The position numbers were made by a program, and so were the translations under genes. Under the pieces are notes generated by a model. The model had not been told where the DNA came from. It made no database searches and was given only the letters and a program-made list of their open reading frames with translations. Below are positions 36,400 through 47,039 of a stretch of 64,000 nucleotides of DNA, piece after piece (the stretch's first letter is position 1; each line of letters opens with the position of its first letter). Source of the DNA: an uncultured Methanosarcinales archaeon (lineage in GTDB: Archaea; Nanobdellota; Nanobdellia; Woesearchaeales; GW2011-AR15); NCBI GenBank assembly GCA_964552005.1, contig CAZKFC010000001.1:29983-93982 (forward strand), read 5' to 3'.

Positions 36400-36945
36400 A
36401 TGAAGAAAGATTTAATCGAGACGCTGGAAATCCCTGAAGGTGTTACAGTTACTCAGGAGAATGATTTTTTAGTTGTTTCTGGTCAAAAAGGAGATATAAA
36501 AAGAAAATTTGACAATCCTAAAATCAAAGTGGAAATAAGCGGTAATAAAATAACCATAATATCTAAGTTTCCTAGTAAAAGAGAAAAAGCGGTTGTGCTG
36601 GCTTATAAGTCTCACCTTAAAAATGCGTTCAAAGGATGCACCGAAGGGTTTGTTTATAAATTAAAAATATGTTCAGGACATTTCCCGATGAATGTCAGTG
36701 TTGCAAATAATGTTTTAATAATCAAGAATTTCCTGGGTGAAAAGGTTCCTAGACAGGTTCAAATAAAAGATAATGTTAAGGTTAAGGTCGAAGGTAATAT
36801 GATTATGGTTGAGGGCACTGATAAAGAAAAAGTTGGTCAGGTTGCTGCGGACATTGAGCAGACAACCAGAAGGCCGGGCTTTGACAAAAGGATATTCCAA
36901 GACGGTATTTATATAACTGAAAAAGCAGGTAAAGCAGTACAATGA
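36400..36945 (+). CDS. rpl6: 50S ribosomal protein uL6
   Basis: Two-domain L6 architecture in the canonical position. Confidence 0.9.
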   Translation: MKKDLIETLEIPEGVTVTQENDFLVVSGQKGDIKRKFDNPKIKVEISGNKITIISKFPSKREKAVVLAYKSHLKNAFKGCTEGFVYKLKICSGHFPMNVSVANNVLIIKNFLGEKVPRQVQIKDNVKVKVEGNMIMVEGTDKEKVGQVAADIEQTTRRPGFDKRIFQDGIYITEKAGKAVQ

Positions 36946-37499
36946 AAGAAATGCTAGATATTAAAAAGAGAAAGAGGACAGCCAAGCCAAAGTTTATTAG
37001 ACAAGATATTCACAAGAAAAAACGTCTTGCCAAAACATGGAGAAAGCCGAGGGGTTGTGATTCTAAGAAACGCTTAAGAATGCAAAACAGAGTCATTGTC
37101 AGTAGAGGTTATGGTGTACCAGTAAAAGTAAAAGGAATGACACGTTCTGGTATGAAAATTATTCGTGTTTCATCTTTGGGTGAAATAGATAGTCTTAAAC
37201 CTGATAAACACGCGGCAGTTGTCTCTGCCAAGATTGGTTTCAAAAAAAAGAAGCACATCCTTCAATCTTTGATAAAAAACAAAATTACAATCTTAAATAT
37301 AAAAGATCCTCAAGAATATGTTAGGAAGAGAGAAGATTTGATGAAGTCTAGGAAAGAGAAAAGGCTTGAGAAAGACAAGAAAGAAATTGAGAAAAAAGAG
37401 GTCAAAGAAAAAAAATCAATTGAAGACTCTCTCGATGAGAAAGATAAAAAGAAAATCGAAAAAAAAGAGATTGATAAATTACTGACAAAAAGAACATGA
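36942..37499 (+). CDS. rpl32e: 50S ribosomal protein eL32, with a roughly 60-aa K/E-rich C-terminal extension
   Basis: …KPKFIRQDIHKKKRLAKTWRKPRG…NRVIVSRGYG… L32e core, followed by a KEKRLEKDKKEIEKKE repeat-like tail. Confidence 0.8.
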   Translation: MKEMLDIKKRKRTAKPKFIRQDIHKKKRLAKTWRKPRGCDSKKRLRMQNRVIVSRGYGVPVKVKGMTRSGMKIIRVSSLGEIDSLKPDKHAAVVSAKIGFKKKKHILQSLIKNKITILNIKDPQEYVRKREDLMKSRKEKRLEKDKKEIEKKEVKEKKSIEDSLDEKDKKKIEKKEIDKLLTKRT

Positions 37500-37945
37500 A
37501 GACCAAAACTCAAAAAAATATAGCGGCAAAAGTATCTAAAAGATCTCGTAAAAAGATTAAGCTAGACATAACTAGGTTTGAAGATATTAAAGAAGCCATT
37601 ACAAGAGCGGATATTAGGGCGTTAATCAAATCAGGCGCCATCGGTGTTAAAAAAGCCAAAGGCGTATCAAGGGCACGCGCCAAAAAGAATCAGAAACAGA
37701 AAGTGTTGGGAAGAAGAAAAGGCCACGGTTCTAGAAAGGGAACAGCAAACGCAAGATTAAAAAACAAGGAAAAATGGATGTCAAAGATAAGGTTGCAAAG
37801 AGCGTTCTTGAAAGAATTGAAATCGAAGAATAAACTAACAAAAGAAGTTTATAAAGACCTTTACAGGAAAGCCAAAGGGGGTTTCTTTAGGAGTAAAAGG
37901 CACATAAAAATATACATAACAGAACATAACTTGGTGAAAAAATAA
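37496..37945 (+). CDS. rpl19e: 50S ribosomal protein eL19
   Basis: Basic helical protein in the canonical position (…VSKRSRKKIKLD…). Confidence 0.85.
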   Translation: MKTKTQKNIAAKVSKRSRKKIKLDITRFEDIKEAITRADIRALIKSGAIGVKKAKGVSRARAKKNQKQKVLGRRKGHGSRKGTANARLKNKEKWMSKIRLQRAFLKELKSKNKLTKEVYKDLYRKAKGGFFRSKRHIKIYITEHNLVKK

Positions 37946-37946
37946 A

Positions 37947-38492
37947 ATGGCGTCTAAAAAGGTTTTTACTGTTCCATTCCGAAGGAAAAGAGAAGGGAAA
38001 ACAGATTATAAGAGACGTTTATCATTATTAAAATCAAAATCCCTCAGATTAGTTATAAGGAAATCTAACAAGCACATTGTTGCCCAGATCATTAAATATG
38101 CTGATCAAGGCGATGTTGTTATAAAAGCAGCACATTCAATAGAACTTCAAAGATATGGTTGGAAATTTAATACTGGTAATTTGCCTGCAGCATATTTAAC
38201 AGGCCTGTTATTAGGAACAAAGTCGAGCAATGAAGAAGTTATAATTGATTTTGGGTTGCAGACACCAGTTAAAGGCTCAAGGATATTTGCGGTTGTAAAA
38301 GGCGCAATTGATTCTGGTTTAAAAATAAAGTCTTCTGAAGAGATCATGCCAACAGAAGACAGGATATCTGGTAAGCATATCAAGGATAAAAAAGTCGTTG
38401 AATCATTTGAAAAAACCAAGAGCAACATATTGTCTGGAAAAAAAGTAAGTGATGTGAAAAATGTCAGAAGAAAAACAACAAGAAAAAAGTAA
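37947..38492 (+). CDS. rpl18: 50S ribosomal protein uL18
   Basis: …FRRKREGKTDYKRRL…LVIRKSNKHIVAQII… L18 signature. Confidence 0.85.
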   Translation: MASKKVFTVPFRRKREGKTDYKRRLSLLKSKSLRLVIRKSNKHIVAQIIKYADQGDVVIKAAHSIELQRYGWKFNTGNLPAAYLTGLLLGTKSSNEEVIIDFGLQTPVKGSRIFAVVKGAIDSGLKIKSSEEIMPTEDRISGKHIKDKKVVESFEKTKSNILSGKKVSDVKNVRRKTTRKK

Positions 38493-39270
38493 TGAGCAAA
38501 AGAAAGAAGTAAGAAAACCCGCGGTTGTAGAAGAAGTACAATGGGTTCCGAAAACAGAATTGGGTAAGAAAGTGAATTCTGGCGAAATAAAAGATATTGA
38601 TTTTATCTTGGATAATGGATATTCAATAATGGAAAAAGAAATTGTTGAAACTTTAATTCCGGAGCTTGAGACAGATTTGTTATTAGTAGGTCAAGCTAAA
38701 GGTAAATTTGGTGGCGGTAAAAGACGTGTATTCAGGCAGACACAAAAAAAGACCAGGGAAGGCAATAAACCAAGGTTTGCCACGCTGGCGGTTGTCGGGA
38801 ATAAGCAAGGCATTATTGGCTTAGGATATGGGAAGTCAAAAGAGACCGTGCCTGCAAGAGAAAAAGCCATTAGGAATGCCAAATTTAATGTTTTTAAGAT
38901 TAGAAGGGGTTGCGGTAGTTGGGAGTGCGGTTGTGGTCAGCCGCATTCATTGCCTTTTACAGTTGAAGGTAAATGCGGCTCTGCAATTGTAAAATTGATA
39001 CCTGCACCAAAAGGCACAGGTCTGAAAGTGGACAAAGAAATTGCCAAAATATTAAGTTTGGCCGGTATTGAAGATGTATGGTCTCAAACATATGGTCAGT
39101 CAAGAACTAAAATTAATTTAATAAAAGCAGCAGAGAAAGCGTTAAAAAATCTTATGAAAACAAAATTACAGCCGCATCATTATGAAAGATTAAGTGTTGT
39201 TGAAAAAACATTAAAAAAATCTATTAATGAAGAAAATGGAAAGCAAGAAGACGAAAAAAAAGGAAACTAA
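38461..39270 (+). CDS. rps5: 30S ribosomal protein uS5, with N- and C-terminal charged extensions
   Basis: dsRBD-like plus S5 C-terminal domain (…LAVVGNKQGIIGLGYGKSKE…). 32-nt overlap with L18. Confidence 0.85.
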   Translation: MSEEKQQEKSNEQKKEVRKPAVVEEVQWVPKTELGKKVNSGEIKDIDFILDNGYSIMEKEIVETLIPELETDLLLVGQAKGKFGGGKRRVFRQTQKKTREGNKPRFATLAVVGNKQGIIGLGYGKSKETVPAREKAIRNAKFNVFKIRRGCGSWECGCGQPHSLPFTVEGKCGSAIVKLIPAPKGTGLKVDKEIAKILSLAGIEDVWSQTYGQSRTKINLIKAAEKALKNLMKTKLQPHHYERLSVVEKTLKKSINEENGKQEDEKKGN

Positions 39271-39709
39271 CCATAATAAAGAAAGGTTGTTGGCAGTTGT
39301 CCGTGTCAGAGGCAAAATCAATCTTAAACATGACATTGCAAAAACCTTTACACAGTTAAATCTTCACAATAAAAACTGGTGCGTTATCTTGAAAAACACA
39401 AAATCTAATCTTGGCATGATTAATAAGGTTAAGGATTATGTTACATACGGCGAGGTTTCTGAGGATATTTTAGACAGCCTAATTAAGGAACATGGCGAAT
39501 TGTATAAAGAAAGAGAGCATGATTCAAAAAAGAAGATATCTTATAAAAAATATTTTGTGTATAAAAACAAAAAATATCAACGCTATCTAAGGTTAACACC
39601 ACCAAAAAAAGGCTATGGTAGAAAAGGTGTTAAAGTTAGTTTTGGAAAGGGCGGCGCTCTTGGTTATAGGGCCGAAAAAATCAATGATTTACTTAAACGG
39701 ATGATATAA
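39227..39709 (+). CDS. rpl30: 50S ribosomal protein uL30
   Basis: …LLAVVRVRGKINLKHDIAKTFTQLNLH… L30 signature with an N-terminal lysine-rich extension. Confidence 0.85.
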   Translation: MKKMESKKTKKKETNHNKERLLAVVRVRGKINLKHDIAKTFTQLNLHNKNWCVILKNTKSNLGMINKVKDYVTYGEVSEDILDSLIKEHGELYKEREHDSKKKISYKKYFVYKNKKYQRYLRLTPPKKGYGRKGVKVSFGKGGALGYRAEKINDLLKRMI

Positions 39710-40194
39710 TGCAATCAAAAAGGAAAAAACGAACCAGGATAAGGGCAGCCAAGGTTACTGCAGGGCACGGCCATAAGAAAAAAAATAGGGGCGCAGGCCA
39801 TCGCGGCGGCAGGGGCAAGTCCGGGACAGGAAAGAGGGGAGACGCCAAAATAATGAAATTAACGGGAGGTAATAAACATCTTGGCAAGACAGGATTTAAA
39901 ACATACAAAAAAACTGTAAACTCAATTAATATTAGAAAATTACAAAGTTTACTTCCCTTATTAATTAAGGAAGGCAAAGCCAAACAAAATAAAGATGTTT
40001 ATGAAATTGATTTAACAAAACTGAATTATGATAAACTTATTTCAAAGGGACATATTAACTTTAAGTTACATATAACTGTAAAATCTGCTTCTCAAAACGC
40101 TATCTCAAAGGTAGAAGCCAAGGGTGGGAAAGTTGTTCTGCCAGCAAATAAAAAATTAATGAATGATGCTGAGAACAACGAAGAAAATAAATAG
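39709..40194 (+). CDS. rpl15: 50S ribosomal protein uL15
   Basis: Gly/Arg/Lys-rich N-terminus (GHGHKKKNRGAGHRGGRGKSG) typical of L15. Precedes secY. Confidence 0.85.
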   Translation: MQSKRKKRTRIRAAKVTAGHGHKKKNRGAGHRGGRGKSGTGKRGDAKIMKLTGGNKHLGKTGFKTYKKTVNSINIRKLQSLLPLLIKEGKAKQNKDVYEIDLTKLNYDKLISKGHINFKLHITVKSASQNAISKVEAKGGKVVLPANKKLMNDAENNEENK

Positions 40195-40218
40195 GTAATG
40201 TGATTTAATGAAAGAAAA

Positions 40219-41652
40219 ATGAGCTTTTTTGATAATATTCTTTTGAACTTGCCGGAAGTTGCTTCACCAAAGCAAAAAAAACTTCCGTTTAACGAAAAAT
40301 TAAAATGGACTTTAATTGTGTTAGTGTTATTTTTTGTTCTGGGCATGATACCTTTATGGCCGCTTGGCCCAAACACCTTAGCGCAATTTGAATATCTTTC
40401 TATCATTTTGGGCGCAGAATTTGGTTCATTATTGTCATTAGGTATTGGTCCCATAGTTACAGGCTCTATAATATTGCAGTTATTAAATGGAGCAGGGATA
40501 ATGAAGTTTGATTTAACAACCCATGAGGGAAAGAACAGGTATCAAGGGATTCAGAAATTAATGTCTATTTTCTTTATAGTTTTTGAATCAGTTATTTATG
40601 TTTTTATGGGTGGAATATCGCCTCCTGTTACAGCCATAGGCACAGTAAGATTACAATACCAGCTCATCTTGGTTTTTGAATTGTTCCTTGGAGGTATGAT
40701 TGTTTTATTCATGGATGAAATTGTTAGTAAATGGGGGTTTGGTTCAGGTATCAGTCTGTTTATAGCAGCAGGTATAAGCAAGCAAATCTTTATTAGATTG
40801 TTTTCTTTTACAGACACAGCTGGAAACTTGGTGTGGGAACCAGGATTCCAAAGACCTATTGTTGGTCATCTGTGGAGCATTATTTTATCAGTATTAGAAG
40901 TTGATTTTTCGGGTGCCCTTGTTTCTATAATTACAATTGCTGCAACTCTTTTGGTTTTTGGGATAGCAGTGTATGCACAGGCTATGAAAGTAGAAATTCC
41001 TTTATCATTTGGCAGGGTTAGAGGGCACGGCATTAGGTGGCCATTGCAATTTATTTATACAAGCAACATCCCTGTCATATTAGTCGCATCATTATTTGCA
41101 ACATTACAACTTTGGGTAAGGTTATTGCAAAACTGGACAGGAGGAAACATACTGCCTATTATAGGAGGTTTTACTCAGGGAAATACTCCTGTTGGTTTAA
41201 TTGCTGTTCTTAACGGGCCTAACTTAATTCAGACAATAATTCAAAGCGGAGGACAATGGTCAATTATTGCTCCTGTTTTGTTAAATTCAATAATCTATGT
41301 TCTCTTAATGATAGGTGGTTCTGTATTGTTTTCAATTTTTTGGGTGCAAACTTCTAATATGGATGCCAGGAGTTTGGCAAATCAAATGTTATCTTCCGGC
41401 TTACAGATTCCAGGATTTAGAAAAGATAGGCGAATTTTAGAAAGGTTGCTTAACAGGTATATAATGCCATTGACAGTAATGGGCGCCATAACCGTGGGAT
41501 TTTTAGCAGCCATAGCAGATTTGATGGGCGCATTATCAAGGGGTACAGGTATTTTACTAACTGTGATGATTGTCTATAAATTATATGAGGATATTGCTCG
41601 TGAGCACATGTATGATATGAACCCGATGTTAAGGAAATTCATGGGTAAATAA
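40219..41652 (+). CDS. secY: Protein translocase subunit SecY
   Basis: 10-TM protein with conserved SecY blocks (…GIGPIVTGSIILQLL…, …FGSGISLFIAAGI…). Follows L15 as in all archaeal and bacterial spc operons. Confidence 0.9.
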   Translation: MSFFDNILLNLPEVASPKQKKLPFNEKLKWTLIVLVLFFVLGMIPLWPLGPNTLAQFEYLSIILGAEFGSLLSLGIGPIVTGSIILQLLNGAGIMKFDLTTHEGKNRYQGIQKLMSIFFIVFESVIYVFMGGISPPVTAIGTVRLQYQLILVFELFLGGMIVLFMDEIVSKWGFGSGISLFIAAGISKQIFIRLFSFTDTAGNLVWEPGFQRPIVGHLWSIILSVLEVDFSGALVSIITIAATLLVFGIAVYAQAMKVEIPLSFGRVRGHGIRWPLQFIYTSNIPVILVASLFATLQLWVRLLQNWTGGNILPIIGGFTQGNTPVGLIAVLNGPNLIQTIIQSGGQWSIIAPVLLNSIIYVLLMIGGSVLFSIFWVQTSNMDARSLANQMLSSGLQIPGFRKDRRILERLLNRYIMPLTVMGAITVGFLAAIADLMGALSRGTGILLTVMIVYKLYEDIAREHMYDMNPMLRKFMGK

Positions 41653-41662
41653 TTCATAATAT

Positions 41663-41670
41663 TTATATAG
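41663..41670 (+). promoter_or_regulatory. TATA-like box (tttatata) upstream of aglB
   Basis: About 37 nt upstream of the MGKKSKRK start at 41707. This supports the internal start rather than the tracked ORF start at 41683. Confidence 0.3.
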
Positions 41671-41706
41671 ATTTTAGCGTTCTTGTGTTTAACGACGTGG
41701 GGTTTA

Positions 41707-44577
41707 ATGGGAAAAAAATCAAAACGTAAATCACAAAATAAAGATGATGAAATTATCTTAGACTTTTCTTGGTTAAAAAATATTTTCAGTGTAAAAAAAA
41801 AAGAGCCCACAACTAAAGATGAAGATCTTACTTTAGATTTTAAACGTCTGGCTAAAATCTTTTCTAAGTATTCAGTTATCTTCTTAATTTTAATACCTTT
41901 GATAATGTCTGTTTACATTAGACTCCTTCCTGCTAATTTACCTCTTGCAGACACATGGGCCAGACAAGGCATATATAACGGAATTCAGAACCAGATAATA
42001 AATGATATTAACCAACAATATCCAAATTTACCACTAGCAAACAAGCAGGCAATGGTAAATGAGCAGTTTAATATTATTGTAAGCCAGCAATCACAACAAA
42101 TCGGACAAGCAGTCAAGCAGCAGGCAGAACAGATAAGAGAAAGGTTTAGAGATAATAACGGCTATACTTATCTTGGTGATATAGATTCATATTTCTGGGT
42201 AAGGTATGCCCGTAACATAATTGAGAAAGGCCACATATGGGATGAACTTAGAGATGGCGTGCCTTATGACAATCATATGTTAGCTCCCACCGGCTTACAA
42301 ATCACCCAAAATATATATCCATATATCGAAGCTTATCTTTACAAAGTATTAAAATTTTTTAAACCAGACATTATTTTGATGTATGTTGCTTTTTTAACAC
42401 CCTTGTTTTTATCTTTCTTTGCAATAATCGCTGCCTTTTTCATAGGTAAAAAACTTTCTGGTAATTTAGCAGGGTTTATGGCAGCGGTTTTAATTGCTGT
42501 TAATCCAACTGTGTTGAGCAGATCTTTAGGAAGTGATAATGATATTGTAAATGCAGTCTTCCCATTCATAATTATGTTATTTATCATGTATGCGTTTGAC
42601 TCTGAGTCTTACAAAAAAACAATTGTTTATTCTTTGTTTTCTGGATTATTTATTGGGTTTTACAGTTTTGCATGGTCAGGCTGGTGGTTTATGTTTTTGT
42701 TTATAATAGGTGCATCTTTTATCTATATAGGATATCTTGTGTTATTTGATTTTTTACATGAAGGCAGCACCATAACAAACCTCTTTACCAATAAAAATCT
42801 GAAGAACGTTTTTTTATTACTTGCAGTATTTTTAGGATCTTCTTTACTTTCATTAACATTTTTTGGCAATGGTAATCTGTTTCTAAGATCTTTTTTAAAT
42901 CCTATTAAGATTGTTAAAATAAAGGAAGCGACAGGCGCATCTCTGTGGCCTAATGTCTATACTACAGTTGCAGAATTAAATGCAGCCAACATACCTCAGA
43001 TAATAGCTAATTTAGGAGGTCCATTATTTTTAATTATAGCTTTAATTGGCACCATGCTTCCTCTAGTTAATTTAAAAGAAAAAAAGGTACGCAACCTTAA
43101 TCTTGCTTATATAGTTATTTCAATACTATATTTTATCTTTTTTGTCCAAATTGCGCAGGCAAACAAACTTAATATTTTTCTTTTACTGCCTTTATTATCT
43201 TTACCTTTATTTATTGGACTGTTATTATCTGCATATTATGGTTACAAGATTGAACCGAAACATTCAATTCTTATGACGATTTGGTTTATGTCAACAATTT
43301 ACGCAGCGACAAAAGGCGTAAGATTCATACTTTTAATTATTCCTGCGTTTGTGATATCTTTCTCAACTTTTTTTGGGATAATGGTAAAGTATTTCACAAA
43401 ATTTATACACAAATCACTAGATATAAGCTTGGCAATAAGCAAAACAATTTTCACAGTTGTTAGTCTTATAATCTTATTACAGCCTATTAATATCGGAATT
43501 GCAACGGCAACTAATTATGTTCCAAGTATCAGCGATGCCTGGGTTGACACGTTAACAAAAATAAGATTAGAATCTTCACAAGATGCTATTATTAATTCGT
43601 GGTGGGACTTCGGTCATTGGTTCAAATTTTGGGCAGACAGACGTGTTACATTTGATGGCGCGTCGCAAACATCACCTCAAGCGCATTGGATAGGAAAAGT
43701 CTTGTTAACAGATGATGAAGATCAAGCAGTTGCAATATTAAGAATGCTTGATTGTGGAGGCCATAATGCCTTTGTTGAGCTTAATAAAGAGATTGGGGAC
43801 ACATATTCTACTGTTAATAAGATATATGAATATCTGGCTCAAGACAAGATAGGTGTTGAATCAGACTTACTAAAAATAACAACAAAAGAAAACACAGAAA
43901 AGATTATTGATTATTTATTTTGCGAGCCTCCTGAAGATTATTTTATTACAAGTGGAGACATGGTTGGCAAATCAGGAGTGTGGGCGCATTTTGGGAGCTG
44001 GAATTTTGAACGTGCAAAAATATACAATTATTTTAAAACAGAAGGGTCATATGATGGATTTGTTCAAAAATTGAAAAACGAGCTTGGATATGATGATGAA
44101 GACGCCCAAAAAAAGTTTTATGAGTTAAATGCATTAACAACAGACAGGCAAGTTAATGATTGGATAGCGCCATGGCCAAGTTATGGCGGTGCTGTAGATT
44201 GTGCAAAACTTACAGATCAAAGTTTGCAATGTAATTTGCCAGCACAACAGAACCAACGTATTCCTTTAATAATTAATCTGACAACACATGACGCTTATTT
44301 GTCCAATGGCCAAGAAACGTTTTATGCTAATAAACTGGGTTATTTTAAAGGCAATGATTATATTGTTAAAGATTTTACTGGCAATAAAATAGGGTATGGT
44401 GTAGTTCTTTCCCAAAATAACAGAACCATATATTTTATGTCAGAAGAACTTGTCGGGAGCATGTTTACCAGGTTATTTTATTTAGATGGAAGAGGGTTAA
44501 AATATTTCCATAAATTTTATGATACAACAACGGTTGGCGGATCCAGAATAATTACTTGGAAGGTTGAATGGCCATAA
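41707..44577 (+). CDS. aglB: Archaeal oligosaccharyltransferase AglB (STT3 homolog, GT-C)
   Basis: 13 TM N-terminal domain. A conserved loop with a WWDFGHW motif (variant of WWDYG). Large C-terminal periplasmic domain. Confidence 0.85.
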   Translation: MGKKSKRKSQNKDDEIILDFSWLKNIFSVKKKEPTTKDEDLTLDFKRLAKIFSKYSVIFLILIPLIMSVYIRLLPANLPLADTWARQGIYNGIQNQIINDINQQYPNLPLANKQAMVNEQFNIIVSQQSQQIGQAVKQQAEQIRERFRDNNGYTYLGDIDSYFWVRYARNIIEKGHIWDELRDGVPYDNHMLAPTGLQITQNIYPYIEAYLYKVLKFFKPDIILMYVAFLTPLFLSFFAIIAAFFIGKKLSGNLAGFMAAVLIAVNPTVLSRSLGSDNDIVNAVFPFIIMLFIMYAFDSESYKKTIVYSLFSGLFIGFYSFAWSGWWFMFLFIIGASFIYIGYLVLFDFLHEGSTITNLFTNKNLKNVFLLLAVFLGSSLLSLTFFGNGNLFLRSFLNPIKIVKIKEATGASLWPNVYTTVAELNAANIPQIIANLGGPLFLIIALIGTMLPLVNLKEKKVRNLNLAYIVISILYFIFFVQIAQANKLNIFLLLPLLSLPLFIGLLLSAYYGYKIEPKHSILMTIWFMSTIYAATKGVRFILLIIPAFVISFSTFFGIMVKYFTKFIHKSLDISLAISKTIFTVVSLIILLQPINIGIATATNYVPSISDAWVDTLTKIRLESSQDAIINSWWDFGHWFKFWADRRVTFDGASQTSPQAHWIGKVLLTDDEDQAVAILRMLDCGGHNAFVELNKEIGDTYSTVNKIYEYLAQDKIGVESDLLKITTKENTEKIIDYLFCEPPEDYFITSGDMVGKSGVWAHFGSWNFERAKIYNYFKTEGSYDGFVQKLKNELGYDDEDAQKKFYELNALTTDRQVNDWIAPWPSYGGAVDCAKLTDQSLQCNLPAQQNQRIPLIINLTTHDAYLSNGQETFYANKLGYFKGNDYIVKDFTGNKIGYGVVLSQNNRTIYFMSEELVGSMFTRLFYLDGRGLKYFHKFYDTTTVGGSRIITWKVEWP

Positions 44578-44596
44578 CCATATTGATTTTTTTAAA

Positions 44597-45550
44597 ATGG
44601 ATAAAATACTCGTAACAGGCGGCGCTGGTTTCATAGGTAGCCATGTCTGCGACGCATTACTAAATAAAGGTAAGCAAGTTGTTTGTTTGGATAATTTTAA
44701 TAATTATTATTCTCCAAAAAGAAAAAGAAAAAACATTGAACATAATCTTTCAAATAAGTCTTTCTTTCTTGAAGAGACAGACATAAGACAGCTTGAGAAA
44801 TTAAAAAAAGTTTTTGAAAAACATAAAATAATCAAAGTTATACATTTGGCAGCCCGAGCGGGCGTAAGGGCTTCCATTAAAGATCCACATATATATGAAG
44901 AAGTTAATGTGAAAGGCACATTAAACTTGCTTGAGTTGTCAAGAAAATTCAACATTAAAAATTTTGTGTTCGGCTCGAGTTCTTCAGTTTACGGACTTAA
45001 CAAAAAATTACCTTTTTCTGAAAAGGCTAGAACAGATACACAGATAAGTCCTTATGCTCTAACCAAAAAAACAGGCGAGATGTTGTGCCACACTTACAGC
45101 AAACTTTACAAATTAAATATAACTTGTTTAAGATTTTTTACTGTATACGGTCCCCGGGGAAGACCAGACATGGCACCTTATTTATTTACAAAACTTATTA
45201 GCGAGGACAAACCAATTATTAGGTATGGCGATGGCAGTTCAAAAAGGGATTATACTTATATTGAGGATGTGGTTCAAGCTATTTTATCAGCATCTGAAAA
45301 AAATTATGCATATGAGATATTTAATATAGGCAATTCCAAAACAATTGAATTAAACAAGTTCATATCCCTAATTGAAACCTTATTAGGGAAAAAGGCAAGG
45401 ATTATCCAGAAGGATATGCCTAAGGAAGACATCCCAATTACATATGCTGATATCTCAAAGGCAAAAAAATATTTTGGTTATAACCCTAAAACAAATATTG
45501 AACAAGGCATGAAAATGTTTGTTGATTGGTTTAATAAAAACGAAAGTTAG
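44597..45550 (+). CDS. NAD-dependent nucleotide-sugar epimerase/dehydratase (extended SDR)
   Basis: ILVTGGAGFIGSH Rossmann motif and the YxxxK catalytic pair (…SPYALTKK…). Start placed at MDKILVTGG. Confidence 0.85.
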   Translation: MDKILVTGGAGFIGSHVCDALLNKGKQVVCLDNFNNYYSPKRKRKNIEHNLSNKSFFLEETDIRQLEKLKKVFEKHKIIKVIHLAARAGVRASIKDPHIYEEVNVKGTLNLLELSRKFNIKNFVFGSSSSVYGLNKKLPFSEKARTDTQISPYALTKKTGEMLCHTYSKLYKLNITCLRFFTVYGPRGRPDMAPYLFTKLISEDKPIIRYGDGSSKRDYTYIEDVVQAILSASEKNYAYEIFNIGNSKTIELNKFISLIETLLGKKARIIQKDMPKEDIPITYADISKAKKYFGYNPKTNIEQGMKMFVDWFNKNES

Positions 45551-45671
45551 TTTTGAGCTCTTAATTTCCTCTTTTCTTCTCATAATAAAATAGCAAAACT
45601 TTTAAAAAGTCCTTTTCTTCTAAACATAGATTAAATTGTATTTGATAATAAGACGAACAACATCATAAAAA

Positions 45672-47039
45672 ATGAGCGCAATAATAACACAAATAACCCA
45701 TTTAATTATGATAATATTTAATTTTTATGAGAATATAGGAACTTTTGTCTATGATTTTTACATAGCCAATTCAAGATTAATTTTAGATTATATGCATATT
45801 TTTTTTGACAGTTTTTTTTATGTTCTGTTATATATTACAATAATATTTACATTTGCATATCTAATGATGGGCCTTATTTTATTATTCAAAAATAAAAAAA
45901 CACAGGAAATTCCTGTTAAAGATTCTCAATTGCCAAAAGTCACAATCCAAATCCCTACTTACAATGAGTTAGCAGCCTTAAATTGCGCTGAAAAATGCCT
46001 AAAATTTGACTATCCAAAAAACAAATATAAGATTATTATTGGGGACGATAGTTCTGATAAACTTATCTCAAGAAAGATTGATATGTTTGCAAAGAAACAT
46101 AAGGACATGGTTATTGTAACTAGGAGAGGCTCTAATAAAGGATATAAACCAGGTAATCTTAACCACATGTTAAAATATACCAAGGGCGAATATATAGTGA
46201 TTTTTGACTCTGATTTTCTGCCTGAAAAAGATTTTCTTCGAAGGTTAATTGCACCGTTTGTCCATAATCCAAACTTGTCGGCTGTCCAGGCAAGGTGGAT
46301 TACTAAAAATTATTCTCAAAACCTTGTCTCGATAGTGGGAGGAACTATACCTTTATTGACACATTATCTTGGTTTGCCATTTTTAAATTTGGTTAACGGG
46401 AATTCTTTTATAGGGGGTTCTGCTGAGGCTATCAAAAAATCTGACTTAATAAAAATGGGCGGGTGGCAGTCAGGTTCATTGACTGAAGACATTGAATTTT
46501 CATTAAGAATGACCAAAGCAGGGAAAAGTATACTTTATCTTGACACATTGCATTGTAAATGTGAAGCTCCGTTCACATTGCCGGATCTAGGAAAGCAACA
46601 AATGAGATGGTCTTATGGGGTCATAACCGCCATCAAAGAACATTTTTTTGGAATAGTTTTTAATAAAAAACTGTCTTTTAATAATAAACTTAATATTTTT
46701 CTTTTGTTGTATGGATACATTATAACCTTTTTCTTCTTTTTGCTTGGGCTTACAGGCGCATTATCCATAATAACGCACAGGCCAGAAATAATTAATTGGG
46801 GAAAACTTATATCTGAAACAACACTTAACATTACACTAACATCAGGTTTCTTAATGGCAACAACCATAACTCTAATATTAGGAAAGAAAGCTAGAGAAAT
46901 CCCTAAGATGTTTATAGCATCATTTACAGTAGGTTTAATAATAATTAACATAGTCACGCTTGGAATATTTAAAGCGATTTTTAATAGGCCTATGAACTGG
47001 TTCATGTTGACTAAACAAGGCAATAACTTAAATGTATAA
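45672..47039 (+). CDS. Membrane glycosyltransferase family 2 with a QxxRW motif (processive, cellulose/chitin-synthase-like)
   Basis: N-terminal TM helices. GT-A motifs QIPTYNE, GDDSSD, DSDF and QQMRWSYG. C-terminal TM helices. Confidence 0.75.
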   Translation: MSAIITQITHLIMIIFNFYENIGTFVYDFYIANSRLILDYMHIFFDSFFYVLLYITIIFTFAYLMMGLILLFKNKKTQEIPVKDSQLPKVTIQIPTYNELAALNCAEKCLKFDYPKNKYKIIIGDDSSDKLISRKIDMFAKKHKDMVIVTRRGSNKGYKPGNLNHMLKYTKGEYIVIFDSDFLPEKDFLRRLIAPFVHNPNLSAVQARWITKNYSQNLVSIVGGTIPLLTHYLGLPFLNLVNGNSFIGGSAEAIKKSDLIKMGGWQSGSLTEDIEFSLRMTKAGKSILYLDTLHCKCEAPFTLPDLGKQQMRWSYGVITAIKEHFFGIVFNKKLSFNNKLNIFLLLYGYIITFFFFLLGLTGALSIITHRPEIINWGKLISETTLNITLTSGFLMATTITLILGKKAREIPKMFIASFTVGLIIINIVTLGIFKAIFNRPMNWFMLTKQGNNLNV

